Source: Chthoniobacterales bacterium (GTDB taxonomy: Bacteria > Verrucomicrobiota > Verrucomicrobiia > Chthoniobacterales > UBA10450). Taken from it: a stretch of 64,000 bases of DNA. Below, in pieces: positions 51,565-60,737 of the stretch. A program made the translations under genes and the position numbers. The DNA lies in the NCBI GenBank assembly GCA_039915555.1, contig JBDSNB010000044.1, positions 3,122-67,121 on the forward strand. Reading direction: 5' to 3'. Positions within the stretch are counted from its first letter, which is position 1; every line of letters begins with the position of its first letter. The notes beneath the pieces are model-generated. The model worked only from the letters and a program-made list of their open reading frames with translations, was not told the DNA's origin and searched no databases.

Positions 51565-52515
51565 ATGACGCCGGAGACGTTCTGGTGGGCGATTTTCGTG
51601 GGCGCGGTCCTGGCGCTCCTCGCTCTCGATCTCGGAATCTTTCACCGCAAGAGCCACGAAGTGAAAATGCGCGAAGCGCTGATCTGGGTCGGCATCTGGA
51701 TCAGCCTCGCCGTGCTTTTCGGGTTCGGTATCTATCTCGGGTGGATCGGGCCCTATCTGGAGCAAGCCGCGCAACATGAGGCAGCGCTGGAATTCCTGAC
51801 CGGCTACCTGATCGAGCTTTCCTTGAGCGTGGATAACGTTTTCGTCTTCGCGCTCCTCTTCGCTTACTTCAAGGTGCCGCCGCTCTATCGGCATCGCGTG
51901 CTTTTTTGGGGAATCCTCGGGGCGCTCGTCATGCGCGCGGCGATGATCTTCGCCGGCGTCGCACTTCTACAGAGCTTCCATTGGGTGATCTACATCTTCG
52001 GCGCGATCCTCGTGCTCGGGGGGATCAAGATGTGGCGCAGCCACGGGGTGGAAATCGATCCGCAAGCGAACCCCGTTTTGCGATTCGTTAGGCGCGTCCT
52101 CCCAGTGGCGGAGGGTGAGCACGGGCCGCGATTTTTCACGCGCATGAATGGCGCTTTCGCGGTCACGCCGCTCTTTGTCGTGCTCGTGCTGGTGGAATGG
52201 ACGGACCTGGTTTTCGCAGTGGATTCCATCCCCGCTGTGCTCGCGGTCACGGAAGATCCTTTCATCGTCTTTACCTCCAACGTGATGGCGATCCTCGGAT
52301 TGCGTTCGCTTTATTTCGCGCTCGCCGGAGTGATGCAACGCTTCCACGCCCTGCATTACGGCCTGGCGGTGATCTTGATTTTTGTCGGCGCGAAAATGCT
52401 CTTCGTGGAGATTTATAAAATCCCGACGACTGTTGCCCTGGCGGTGGTAGTCGGCATCCTCGCCGCCTCGGTTCTTTTCTCGATTATGCGTCCGCCACCC
52501 GCGGCCGCGGACTAA
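51565..52515 (+). CDS. TerC/Alx-family integral membrane protein
   Basis: Motifs EFLTGYLIELSLSVDNVFVFALLF and the second repeat FAVDSIPAVLAVT. Confidence 0.85.
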   Translation: MTPETFWWAIFVGAVLALLALDLGIFHRKSHEVKMREALIWVGIWISLAVLFGFGIYLGWIGPYLEQAAQHEAALEFLTGYLIELSLSVDNVFVFALLFAYFKVPPLYRHRVLFWGILGALVMRAAMIFAGVALLQSFHWVIYIFGAILVLGGIKMWRSHGVEIDPQANPVLRFVRRVLPVAEGEHGPRFFTRMNGAFAVTPLFVVLVLVEWTDLVFAVDSIPAVLAVTEDPFIVFTSNVMAILGLRSLYFALAGVMQRFHALHYGLAVILIFVGAKMLFVEIYKIPTTVALAVVVGILAASVLFSIMRPPPAAAD

Positions 52516-52519
52516 GATC

Positions 52520-53905
52520 ATGTCATTTGTTTCTCTGCCACTCTCCATCGTCGCTGTGCTCGCCCCCGCGACCGAGTGGGAACCGATCGGGATGGTGCTG
52601 CTCAAGCTCCTTACGATCTTTTTTTTAGTCCTGCTCAATGGCTTCTTTGTCGCTTCCGAGTTTGCGATCGTAAAGGTGCGCGGATCGCAGCTCGATTCAC
52701 TCATCGAGCGCGGCACGGAGGGCGCGAAGTTTGCGCGCCATGTCGCGAGCCACCTCGATGCCTACCTTTCCGCCACTCAACTGGGCATCACGCTCGCCAG
52801 TCTCGCGCTGGGCTGGCTCGGCGAGCCGTTTCTCGCCCGTATGGTGGAGCCGGTCTTCGCGCTCGCTGGCGTGACCTCACCGGCAGTCATCCATGCCTCT
52901 TCCTTCGCGCTCGCCTTCGCCGCCATCACCTTTTTGCACATCGTTCTGGGCGAGCTGGCGCCGAAATCGTTGGCCATCCGCAAGTCGGTGGAGACGACGC
53001 TCTGGGTGAGCCGTCCCCTCGGAGTTTTCTACACTGTTTTCAAACCCGCGATCTGGCTCCTCAATGGCGCCGCCAACTTCATCCTGCGGCACTTCATGCG
53101 CGTCGATCCGGTGGCCGAAACTGAGTTGGTGCACTCGGAGGAGGAACTGCGCCTCATCCTCGGCGAGAGCCATCAGGCCGAGGAAGTTTCGACCTTGGAA
53201 AAGGAGATGTTGCTGAACGTGCTCGACCTCCGCAGCCTGGCCGTCCGCGACATCACCACGCCGCGCCGTAACGTTCTGTTCCTCGACCTCGATGAGTCGT
53301 TCGCGGAAAACCTGCGGCTGGCGAAGACTTCAGGGCACACCAGGTTTCCCCTCTGCCGGCGGCATCTCGACGAGACGGTCGGTCTCATTCACATCAAAGA
53401 CTTGCTCACACTCGCGGGCGAGCCGGACCCGAACCTGCTCGCCATCAAACGCGAGCTGCTCGTCGTGCCGGAAATGTTGCCACTCCCACGTTTGCTCGAT
53501 CTTTTTCTCAGTCGACACGCGCACATGGCTCTCGCGCTGGATGAATTCGGCGGTGCCACCGGCATCGTGACCCTCGACAATGTGCTCGAGGAATTGGTGG
53601 GTGAAATTCAAGACGAGTCCGATCGCGAGCCGCCAAAGATCGAGCGCCTCAGCGCGGAGGAATTCATCGTCCGCGGTCAGCTTTCGTTGCACGAGTTGCG
53701 CGCTCAGACCGATCTCAGAATGGAAAGCGAAGAGGTCACCACCGTGGGCGGTTACATCACCGAACGGCTTGGCCACCTCCCGAAGGAAGGCGACACGCTG
53801 CGGGTGGACGGCTATCGCGCGACCGTGACGAAGTGCGATAGCCGACGCGCGCGCCGGGTGAAATTTCAGCGGAGCGTGAGCAGTTCCCAAAGCGAACACG
53901 GATGA
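52520..53905 (+). CDS. CNNM/DUF21-CBS-CorC_HlyC family transporter (hemolysin/TlyC-like)
   Basis: An N-terminal DUF21 membrane domain (NGFFVASEFAIVKVR), a CBS pair, and the C-terminal CorC_HlyC domain (VGGYITERLGHLPKEGDTL). Confidence 0.85.
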   Translation: MSFVSLPLSIVAVLAPATEWEPIGMVLLKLLTIFFLVLLNGFFVASEFAIVKVRGSQLDSLIERGTEGAKFARHVASHLDAYLSATQLGITLASLALGWLGEPFLARMVEPVFALAGVTSPAVIHASSFALAFAAITFLHIVLGELAPKSLAIRKSVETTLWVSRPLGVFYTVFKPAIWLLNGAANFILRHFMRVDPVAETELVHSEEELRLILGESHQAEEVSTLEKEMLLNVLDLRSLAVRDITTPRRNVLFLDLDESFAENLRLAKTSGHTRFPLCRRHLDETVGLIHIKDLLTLAGEPDPNLLAIKRELLVVPEMLPLPRLLDLFLSRHAHMALALDEFGGATGIVTLDNVLEELVGEIQDESDREPPKIERLSAEEFIVRGQLSLHELRAQTDLRMESEEVTTVGGYITERLGHLPKEGDTLRVDGYRATVTKCDSRRARRVKFQRSVSSSQSEHG

Positions 53906-55083
53906 GCGCTACGCCCGGAATTGTGACAAAAAGTTTCACCGCATTTTTCGAATCCGAAAAATCGAGCGGCATCCTGCTCATCCTGTGCACCGCGGTTTCG
54001 CTGGCTCTGGCCAACTCCAGTCTCGGCCCGGCTTACGTGAGGATGTGGGACGCTCCGCTCGGCGGCCTGAGCCTGTCGCATTGGGTGAACGACGCGCTCA
54101 TGGCGATCTTCTTTCTCATGATCGGCTTGGAACTCGAACGTGAGCTCTACAACGGCGAACTCTCGGATTTCAAGAATGCGCTCCTCCCCATTTTCGCGGC
54201 TCTGGGCGGCCTCGCCTTTCCCGCGCTCATCCATTTTTCGTTGAATGCGGGCACGCCGACGGCTGCGGGCATTGGCATCCCGATGGCGACGGACATCGCC
54301 TTCGCACTGGGCGTGCTGGCCATCCTAGGTCGTCGCGTGCCGGCGGCGTTGAAAGTGTTCGTCGTGGCCTTCGCGGTCATCGACGATTTGTGCGCCATCA
54401 TTCTCATCGCCGTCTTTTACACGGCGAAGTTTTCGCTGCTCTACCTGGCCGGCGCGTTGACGGTTTGGGCGTTGCTCATCGCGGCGAATCGCTTGTTTAA
54501 GGTGAGGGCGCTCACGCCGTATCTCATCGGCGGCGCTTTGATGTGGTTCTTCATGTTTCGCTCGGGCGTCCATGCCACGATTGCTGGAGTGCTGCTCGCC
54601 TTCACTCTGCCGTTTTCCGCCCGAGCGGATGACGCCGAATCGCCTTCGCACAAGCTCGAGCACTTCCTGCACAAGCCGGTCGCGTTCGTCATCCTGCCGA
54701 TCTTCGCGCTCGCGAACACCGCCATCCTGATCGACGCGAACTGGGGAGCTGCCTTAACGAGTGCCAACAGTCTCGGGATTATCGGCGGCCTGGTCCTGGG
54801 AAAACCGCTGGGCATCGCGCTTTTGAGCTTCCTGGCGGTCGCGTTCGGCGTTTGCAAGTTGCCGCCCGCTCTGGATTGGCGGCACATCTTCGGCGCCGGC
54901 CTGCTGGGGGGGATCGGCTTTACGATGTCGATCTTCATCACGAATCTCGCTTTCGTCGGCGACGCGGACGCGATCAATGCCTCGAAGATAGCCACGCTGG
55001 CCGCTTCGCTCGCTGCAGGTCTGGTGGGCATCGTGTGGCTTGGATGGTGTTGCCGACAAGCCCACGAACGCTTGGCCGACTAA
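53902..55083 (+). CDS. nhaA: Na+/H+ antiporter NhaA
   Basis: Motifs SGILLILCTAVSLALANS, WVNDALMAIFFLMIGLELERE and ATDIAFALGVLA. The start overlaps the upstream stop codon (ATGA). Confidence 0.9.
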   Translation: MSATPGIVTKSFTAFFESEKSSGILLILCTAVSLALANSSLGPAYVRMWDAPLGGLSLSHWVNDALMAIFFLMIGLELERELYNGELSDFKNALLPIFAALGGLAFPALIHFSLNAGTPTAAGIGIPMATDIAFALGVLAILGRRVPAALKVFVVAFAVIDDLCAIILIAVFYTAKFSLLYLAGALTVWALLIAANRLFKVRALTPYLIGGALMWFFMFRSGVHATIAGVLLAFTLPFSARADDAESPSHKLEHFLHKPVAFVILPIFALANTAILIDANWGAALTSANSLGIIGGLVLGKPLGIALLSFLAVAFGVCKLPPALDWRHIFGAGLLGGIGFTMSIFITNLAFVGDADAINASKIATLAASLAAGLVGIVWLGWCCRQAHERLAD

Positions 55084-55967
55084 TCGATCAATCGCTGCTC
55101 GATGCCGCTGTAGGCGTCGATGCGGCGATCGCGCAGGAAAGGCCAATGTGTGCGTTGCACGTCCAGGTTGTTCCAGATGACGTCAGCCATCACTATCTCT
55201 TCGCGATCGACGCTGCCTTTCGCGAGAATCTGGCCATCCGGTGCGACGAGGAAGCTTTGCCCCCAGAACTCAAGACCGGGCCCGCCCACTGGCGCTTCAT
55301 GGCCGACGCGGTTCACGGCCGCCACATAGCAGCCGTTCGCGATCGCGTGACTGCGTTGCATCGTTTCCCAAGCGGAATGTTGCGCGACGCCGTATTGCTC
55401 TTTCTCCGCCGGATGCCAGCCGATGGCGGTGGGGTAAAAGAGCAACTGCGCTCCACGGAGCGCGGTCAGGCGCGCGGCTTCCGGATACCATTGATCCCAG
55501 CAGACGCAGACGCCGATGTTGCCCTGCGTCGTGGTCCAGGCTTTGAAGCCGAGATCGCCGGGCGTGAAGTAGAACTTCTCATAAAACGCCGGGTCATCCG
55601 GGATGTGCATCTTGCGGTACTTCCCCATGAATGTGCCGTCCGAATCGATGATCGCGGCGGTGTTGTGGTAAACACCGGCCGCGCGTTTCTCGAAAAGCGA
55701 CGCCACGATGACGACGCCGCACTCGCGCGCGATTTCCTCCAGTCGTGCGGTCGTCGGTCCCGGCACTTCTTCGGCGAGCGCGAAGTTTGCGTGATCTTCC
55801 GCCTGGCAAAAATATTGCGAGCGAAAGAGCTCCGGCAGACAAACGATCTGCGCGCCTTGCTTCGCGGCGTCGCGCATAAACGCGATCGCTTTCTCCAGAT
55901 TGGCCGCGGGATCGATCCCGCACTGCATCTGGACCAGCGCGACGCGTGATTGTCCGGGCGTCGCCAT
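55080..55967 (-). CDS. aguB: carbon-nitrogen hydrolase, N-carbamoylputrescine amidase-like
   Basis: Motifs VALVQM, CLPELF, YRKMHIPDDPAFYEKFYFTPGD and GVCVCWDQWYPEAAR (catalytic Cys). Confidence 0.8.
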   Translation of the reverse strand: MATPGQSRVALVQMQCGIDPAANLEKAIAFMRDAAKQGAQIVCLPELFRSQYFCQAEDHANFALAEEVPGPTTARLEEIARECGVVIVASLFEKRAAGVYHNTAAIIDSDGTFMGKYRKMHIPDDPAFYEKFYFTPGDLGFKAWTTTQGNIGVCVCWDQWYPEAARLTALRGAQLLFYPTAIGWHPAEKEQYGVAQHSAWETMQRSHAIANGCYVAAVNRVGHEAPVGGPGLEFWGQSFLVAPDGQILAKGSVDREEIVMADVIWNNLDVQRTHWPFLRDRRIDAYSGIEQRLID

Positions 55968-56002
55968 AGTTCACATAAGTCGCATACGACCTATGAGCAC
56001 GC

Positions 56003-56632
56003 TCACTTTACCGAATCCGCGGGCACAATCTTGACGCTCTCCACGTTCATCCGTTTCACCGGACGATCGGGCGCAGTCGTAGGCGTGGTCGCGATTTTTT
56101 CCAGCACATCGTCGCCTTTGATCAGCTTCCCGAACGCGGTGTATTGCCCGTCGAGAAACTTCGGCGCGCCGTGGCAGATGAAGAACTGGCTTCCCGCGGA
56201 ATTCGGATCCTGCGAACGCGCCATCGAAAGCACGCCCCGCTCGTGCGTCTTAGGATTGAACTCGGCGTCGATCTTGTAACCCGGATCGCCCGTGCCCCAA
56301 CGGCTCTGCTTCGATTCGTCTTTCGTCAACGGATCGCCGCCCTGGATCATGAAGCCCTTGATCACACGATGAAACGCGGTGCCATCATAGAATCCTTCGC
56401 GCGCCAGTTTCTTGAAATTTGCCACCGTCTTCGGCGCCACATCATCCCAGAACTCGGCGACCATTTCGCCCTCGCTGGTCTTGATGATGGCGACTTCGTT
56501 GGCGGCTGGGCTGGGTGATGGACTCATGGCTGGTGTGGTGGTGGGTGATGGAGTTGCAGTGGCTTCCTGGCTGAAAGCGTTGGGCGCGATCAGTGCGATC
56601 GCCGCGAGGCAACCGAGGATGTTGAATTTCAT
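56003..56632 (-). CDS. secreted cyclophilin-type peptidyl-prolyl cis-trans isomerase
   Basis: A signal peptide (MKFNILGCLAAIALIAPNAFS) plus FHRVIKGFMIQGGDP and SAGSQFFI. Confidence 0.85.
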   Translation of the reverse strand: MKFNILGCLAAIALIAPNAFSQEATATPSPTTTPAMSPSPSPAANEVAIIKTSEGEMVAEFWDDVAPKTVANFKKLAREGFYDGTAFHRVIKGFMIQGGDPLTKDESKQSRWGTGDPGYKIDAEFNPKTHERGVLSMARSQDPNSAGSQFFICHGAPKFLDGQYTAFGKLIKGDDVLEKIATTPTTAPDRPVKRMNVESVKIVPADSVK

Positions 56633-56748
56633 GGCCCGCACCCTAACGGCCCAAGCCGAAGGTTCAACGCCCAACCGAAAAAATGCGCCGCGCCTCCATC
56701 GCCCGGGGGCGCGACGGAGGGCGGCGTTGGATTTGGCCAAGGCGTCGA

Positions 56749-57447
56749 CTACTTCTTGCGTGTGTAGCTGATCTCCATCGTCTTCGCTTCCGTGCCGCGG
56801 GAATTATCGTACCAGTCGAAAGTATGGTGATCGTTGTCCACGAGCTTGATCACCTCGCGAATTTTCATCGGCATCCCGGGCATCATCTCCGCCTCCGCCG
56901 TGAAAGTGAACGTCTTCGTCGCGGCATCGTAAGTCCCTTCCGACATCATGATGCCGGTCGCCATATTGTCCGCCCACGTGGAAACGAATTTTTTCTTCAC
57001 GTTGTCATAGCCCTCCAGCGCGCGCCCTTTGAAATCCATCTCCATCATCTTCCCGTCCGGCCCCGGCATGGGAATTTTGCCAGCGACGTCCGCTTCAAAG
57101 TAGCGCCCATCCATGATCGCCTTCCGCACGGCCGTGCCTTTCGACTCCGTGGGCGGCGCTTTCGGATCGGGATCCATCCACATCTTGATCGTGTAATCCC
57201 AACTGCCCGCCATTTGCGCGAGCAGCTTGTGATTGTCGTTCAACTCGGCGAGCGCCATCATTTGCTTCATCATCTCTTCGTCGCTCGGCTTTTGCGCGGA
57301 AGCCGCGGCGCCATCAGCCTTCGGCGCAGCCGCTGTTTTCTCTTCGCTGAACGCGGGCGCGGCGAGACAGAGCGTCGCCAAAGCCACCAAACACATCACG
57401 GAACGCCATCCGCGCACTTTCCCAGTTAACATTGTCCCAGTTTTCAT
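56749..57447 (-). CDS. DUF1579-family secreted protein
   Basis: A signal peptide, followed by LAQMAGSWDYTIKMWMDP...FEADVAGK...GYDNVKKKFVSTWADNM, which is typical of DUF1579. The start at 57447 is uncertain. Confidence 0.6.
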   Translation of the reverse strand: MKTGTMLTGKVRGWRSVMCLVALATLCLAAPAFSEEKTAAAPKADGAAASAQKPSDEEMMKQMMALAELNDNHKLLAQMAGSWDYTIKMWMDPDPKAPPTESKGTAVRKAIMDGRYFEADVAGKIPMPGPDGKMMEMDFKGRALEGYDNVKKKFVSTWADNMATGIMMSEGTYDAATKTFTFTAEAEMMPGMPMKIREVIKLVDNDHHTFDWYDNSRGTEAKTMEISYTRKK

Positions 57448-57500
57448 GACGCGATTGTCTCGGAGCCCCGCGGCCTCCGTCAAGACAGGAGATGTGCCGC

Positions 57501-58484
57501 CTAAGCCGGGAAACGTCCCGCGTGGAACAACCCGGTCGTTTCCGGCAGCCCGAGCGCGAGATTCATCGCCTGCACCGCCTGGCTGGCCATGCCTTTCCCG
57601 AGGTTATCGAGCGCCACCATGATGGCCGCGCTTCCCTCTGCCATCGCCAGGCTGAGGTCGGCGAAATTACTCCCCGTCACTGCGGCCACGCGCGGGCTGG
57701 TCTCGACCAGCCGGACAAACGGCTCGTCCGCGAACGTTGCTCGCACGCGCTCAATCAAATCGACGCCCGGCAATGCGAATTGCACCGTCGCAAAGATTCC
57801 GCGCACAAACGGGCCGCTCTGCGGAACAAACGCGAGGTGTCCTTTAATCGCGCAAGCCGCCATCGCCATCCGCACTTCCGCGAGATGTTGATGCGTCAGC
57901 ACCTTGTAAGCGCGAAAATCATTCGCCCGCATCGGATGATGCGTCCCCGCGCTTGCCGCCGTCCCGCTCCCGCTCGAGCCCGTCACCGCGCTGGCCGCGA
58001 TGAACCCGACCTCGAGTCCACGCAAAGGCAAAAGCGCGAGCTCTAACGCCGTCGCGAAACAACCGGGACATGCGATCCGGCGCGCACCCGCGAGCGCGCC
58101 GCGATTCCACTCCGGCAGACCGTAAACAAAATCGTCGGACGCGCGAAAATCAGCCGACAAATCGAGCAGCAAGAGACGCTCGTAAATCTCCGCGGCCCGC
58201 CACTCCGTCTCCAGATCAGGCAGAAGTTTCGCCAGCTCGCCGTGTGGCAGCGCGGAAAAAACGACCAGCTCTTCGCTCCCGGAAAAATCACGCCACGCGA
58301 TCGCGTTCTCGAAATTTCCCGGCACCACGCCGCGCAAATTCGGATGCGCTTCCGCAAAAGCCTCACCGCCTAACGAGCGCGAAGTCCCCCGCACCCTGGC
58401 CACGTTCGGATGCTGCGAAAGCCAGCGCAGCAGCTCGCCCCCGCCGTAACCCGACGCGCCCAGAATGACCGCGTCAAACTGCAT
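57501..58484 (-). CDS. argC: N-acetyl-gamma-glutamyl-phosphate reductase
   Basis: ILGASGYGGGELLRWL and the catalytic Cys in IACPGCFATA. Confidence 0.9.
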   Translation of the reverse strand: MQFDAVILGASGYGGGELLRWLSQHPNVARVRGTSRSLGGEAFAEAHPNLRGVVPGNFENAIAWRDFSGSEELVVFSALPHGELAKLLPDLETEWRAAEIYERLLLLDLSADFRASDDFVYGLPEWNRGALAGARRIACPGCFATALELALLPLRGLEVGFIAASAVTGSSGSGTAASAGTHHPMRANDFRAYKVLTHQHLAEVRMAMAACAIKGHLAFVPQSGPFVRGIFATVQFALPGVDLIERVRATFADEPFVRLVETSPRVAAVTGSNFADLSLAMAEGSAAIMVALDNLGKGMASQAVQAMNLALGLPETTGLFHAGRFPA

Positions 58485-59535
58485 GGGGAGCGGGAAGATG
58501 GGGCCGCAGTTTATCGAGCACGATGTCGCCTAATTGCCGCGCATTCGAGCGCGCGTTCGCCGCGGGCAAACCAAGCCCTTCCACGAAACGCGTGCCCACG
58601 CGGTTGTCAGTCGCCGGTCCGGTCACGACATCCACGTTCAACCCAAACGCGCTTCGGAAATGCTCGACCGCGCCCGCCACGCCCACCGGATCGTTCGCGC
58701 ACAGGATGTGCACCTTGCCCCAAGCCTGCAGTTCCTTGTCGGTTAAAATCGTCTGCACTCCGTACTCGCCCATGATGCCATCGCCCGTCTCCGCAATAAT
58801 GAGATCCACCTCACGCGCGGCCAGTTCGCTCAAGATCACGCGCGCGATCCGCGCCGAAGTTTCCGGCCCAGTGCACGCCACGCCCGCATCAGTGAAATCG
58901 AGCACCGCCTCCGCGCCGTAATCACGCATCGAAAGCACATCGCGCATCAGGCTCACGCCCGTCAATTTCGCGCCGCCCACGCGATAACCCTCCTGCGAGA
59001 GCCGGCGCACGAGGGCACAGGCCGCATGCGTTTTGCCCGCATTCATGCACGTCCCCGCGATGTAGATCACCGGCACCGGCCTGGCTTCCGGTCGTCCTTT
59101 CACCGCGGCGGAATCAATCGACGCCGGCTGCCCCACGCGGCTTCCAAACTCCGGAAACAGGAGCACCTGCCCGAGAATCTCGATTTGAAACGGCGCGCCC
59201 ACATCCGGGCTTCCGGAAACCGCGTGACCGATCACACCGCCCACATTCAAGAGGTGCAAAGCGTCGCCCGGCTTCACCGCGGTCGGCATCACGCCTTCGT
59301 AACCTTGCAACGCATTTCGATGACCGAGCGCGCCCACCACCACATCGCCATCATGCAGCACGCTTAAACGTCCATGCACATCTTCGAGCTGATTATAGAC
59401 GCTCTTCTCCCCACGAATCCGACCCACCACGACTGCCCCCGGACGCGCTTCGATTTCCTCCGTCAACGTCACCTGCCGGCCGAGCCGGAGATTGCGCGTC
59501 ACGGAAGCGATCTTGTCTAGATGCGTTCGAATCAT
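58474..59535 (-). CDS. uncharacterised protein with a C-terminal P-loop-like (BioD/CobQ/DUF1611-like) domain, embedded in the arg operon
   Basis: 353 aa with a Walker-A-like motif IYIAGTCMNAGKTHAA and, later, DLIIAETGDG (Walker-B-like). The beta-rich N-terminal region of about 150 aa has no motif I recognise. The gene overlaps argG by 4 nt and argC by 11 nt. Confidence 0.7.
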   Translation of the reverse strand: MIRTHLDKIASVTRNLRLGRQVTLTEEIEARPGAVVVGRIRGEKSVYNQLEDVHGRLSVLHDGDVVVGALGHRNALQGYEGVMPTAVKPGDALHLLNVGGVIGHAVSGSPDVGAPFQIEILGQVLLFPEFGSRVGQPASIDSAAVKGRPEARPVPVIYIAGTCMNAGKTHAACALVRRLSQEGYRVGGAKLTGVSLMRDVLSMRDYGAEAVLDFTDAGVACTGPETSARIARVILSELAAREVDLIIAETGDGIMGEYGVQTILTDKELQAWGKVHILCANDPVGVAGAVEHFRSAFGLNVDVVTGPATDNRVGTRFVEGLGLPAANARSNARQLGDIVLDKLRPHLPAPHAV

Positions 59536-60737
59536 GATTCCTCATCCTTCCGCGCACTCATCGCCAGCATTTGCGGGACTCCAAAAATTTTCGCATACGC
59601 CGCCGCTTCCGCTCCGCTCCAAAGCGAGGTCGCTTCGCCATAACTCGCGATCTTGGAATTCATCAAACTCTGCGGCGACCGCACCCCTTCGATCACAAAC
59701 GAATGCGGTCGCAAGAGCAGCCGCACCTCGCCAGAAACCGCCGTCTGACTCGAAGTGAGGAACGCCTCCAGATCACGCGCCAGCGGATCGAAGAAATGTC
59801 CCTCGTGCAAAAGCCCGCCGTAAAGGTTTCCGAGAGTTTCCTTCCAGAACATCTGCTTCCCAGTGAGCACCAGCTTCTCGAGTTCGCGATGCGCCGCGAT
59901 CAACAAATGCGCCGCCGGCGCCTCGAAACCAACCCGCCCTTTGATTCCAAGAATCGTGTCGCCCAGATGAATCCCGCGCCCGATTCCATAGCGGCCTCCG
60001 ACCTGATTCAACTCCTCCACAATCGCGACCGCATCCGCCACCTTCCCGGCTATTTTAGCCGGCACGCCACCCTCGAAACCCAGCGTGATCGTCACGGGCG
60101 CGAGCGCTGGATCGATCGTGCCGCCCGGGTACGCTTCCTCCGGCAAATGCTGCCACGGATCGTGCGTTTCCTTCCCTCCGATGCTCGTGCCCCACATCCC
60201 TTCGTTGATGCTGTAGCGCTCGATCTTTTCCGGAAATTCAAACCCGCGCGTCGCCAGAAACGCGCGTTCTTCCGCACGACTCGGCGCCAGATCACGGATC
60301 GGCGCGAGGATTTCCAGCTGCGGCGCGAGCGTGCGAAAGGCCACATCAAATCGCACTTGATCATTCCCCGCACCGGTCGAGCCATGCGCCAACGCAGTCG
60401 CCCCAATTTCCTCCGCGTAACCGACCACCCGTCGCGCCTGACAAACCCGCTCCGCGCTCACCGAGAGCGGATACAAACTGCCGCGCAATACATTGCCGAA
60501 AATCAAAAACCGCAAGTAATCGCGAAAGAGTTCCGCGCGCGCATCGATTGTCCGATGCGAAGCCGCGCCGAGATCAGCGGCCAGCTTTTCAATGCGCGCC
60601 AATTCCGCCGCATCAAACCCGCCGGTGTTCACCGTAACGGTATGCACTTCGCGTCCCTGCTCGCGCAGCCAGAGAACGCAATACGACGTGTCGAGGCCGC
60701 CGGAAAAAGCGAGAAGCGTGCGTGCGGGTGCATTCAT
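59532..60737 (-). CDS. argG: argininosuccinate synthase
   Basis: LLAFSGGLDTSY (PP-loop) and ALAHGSTGAGNDQVRF. The ATG at 60737 overlaps the argH stop codon (ATGA). Confidence 0.9.
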   Translation of the reverse strand: MNAPARTLLAFSGGLDTSYCVLWLREQGREVHTVTVNTGGFDAAELARIEKLAADLGAASHRTIDARAELFRDYLRFLIFGNVLRGSLYPLSVSAERVCQARRVVGYAEEIGATALAHGSTGAGNDQVRFDVAFRTLAPQLEILAPIRDLAPSRAEERAFLATRGFEFPEKIERYSINEGMWGTSIGGKETHDPWQHLPEEAYPGGTIDPALAPVTITLGFEGGVPAKIAGKVADAVAIVEELNQVGGRYGIGRGIHLGDTILGIKGRVGFEAPAAHLLIAAHRELEKLVLTGKQMFWKETLGNLYGGLLHEGHFFDPLARDLEAFLTSSQTAVSGEVRLLLRPHSFVIEGVRSPQSLMNSKIASYGEATSLWSGAEAAAYAKIFGVPQMLAMSARKDEES

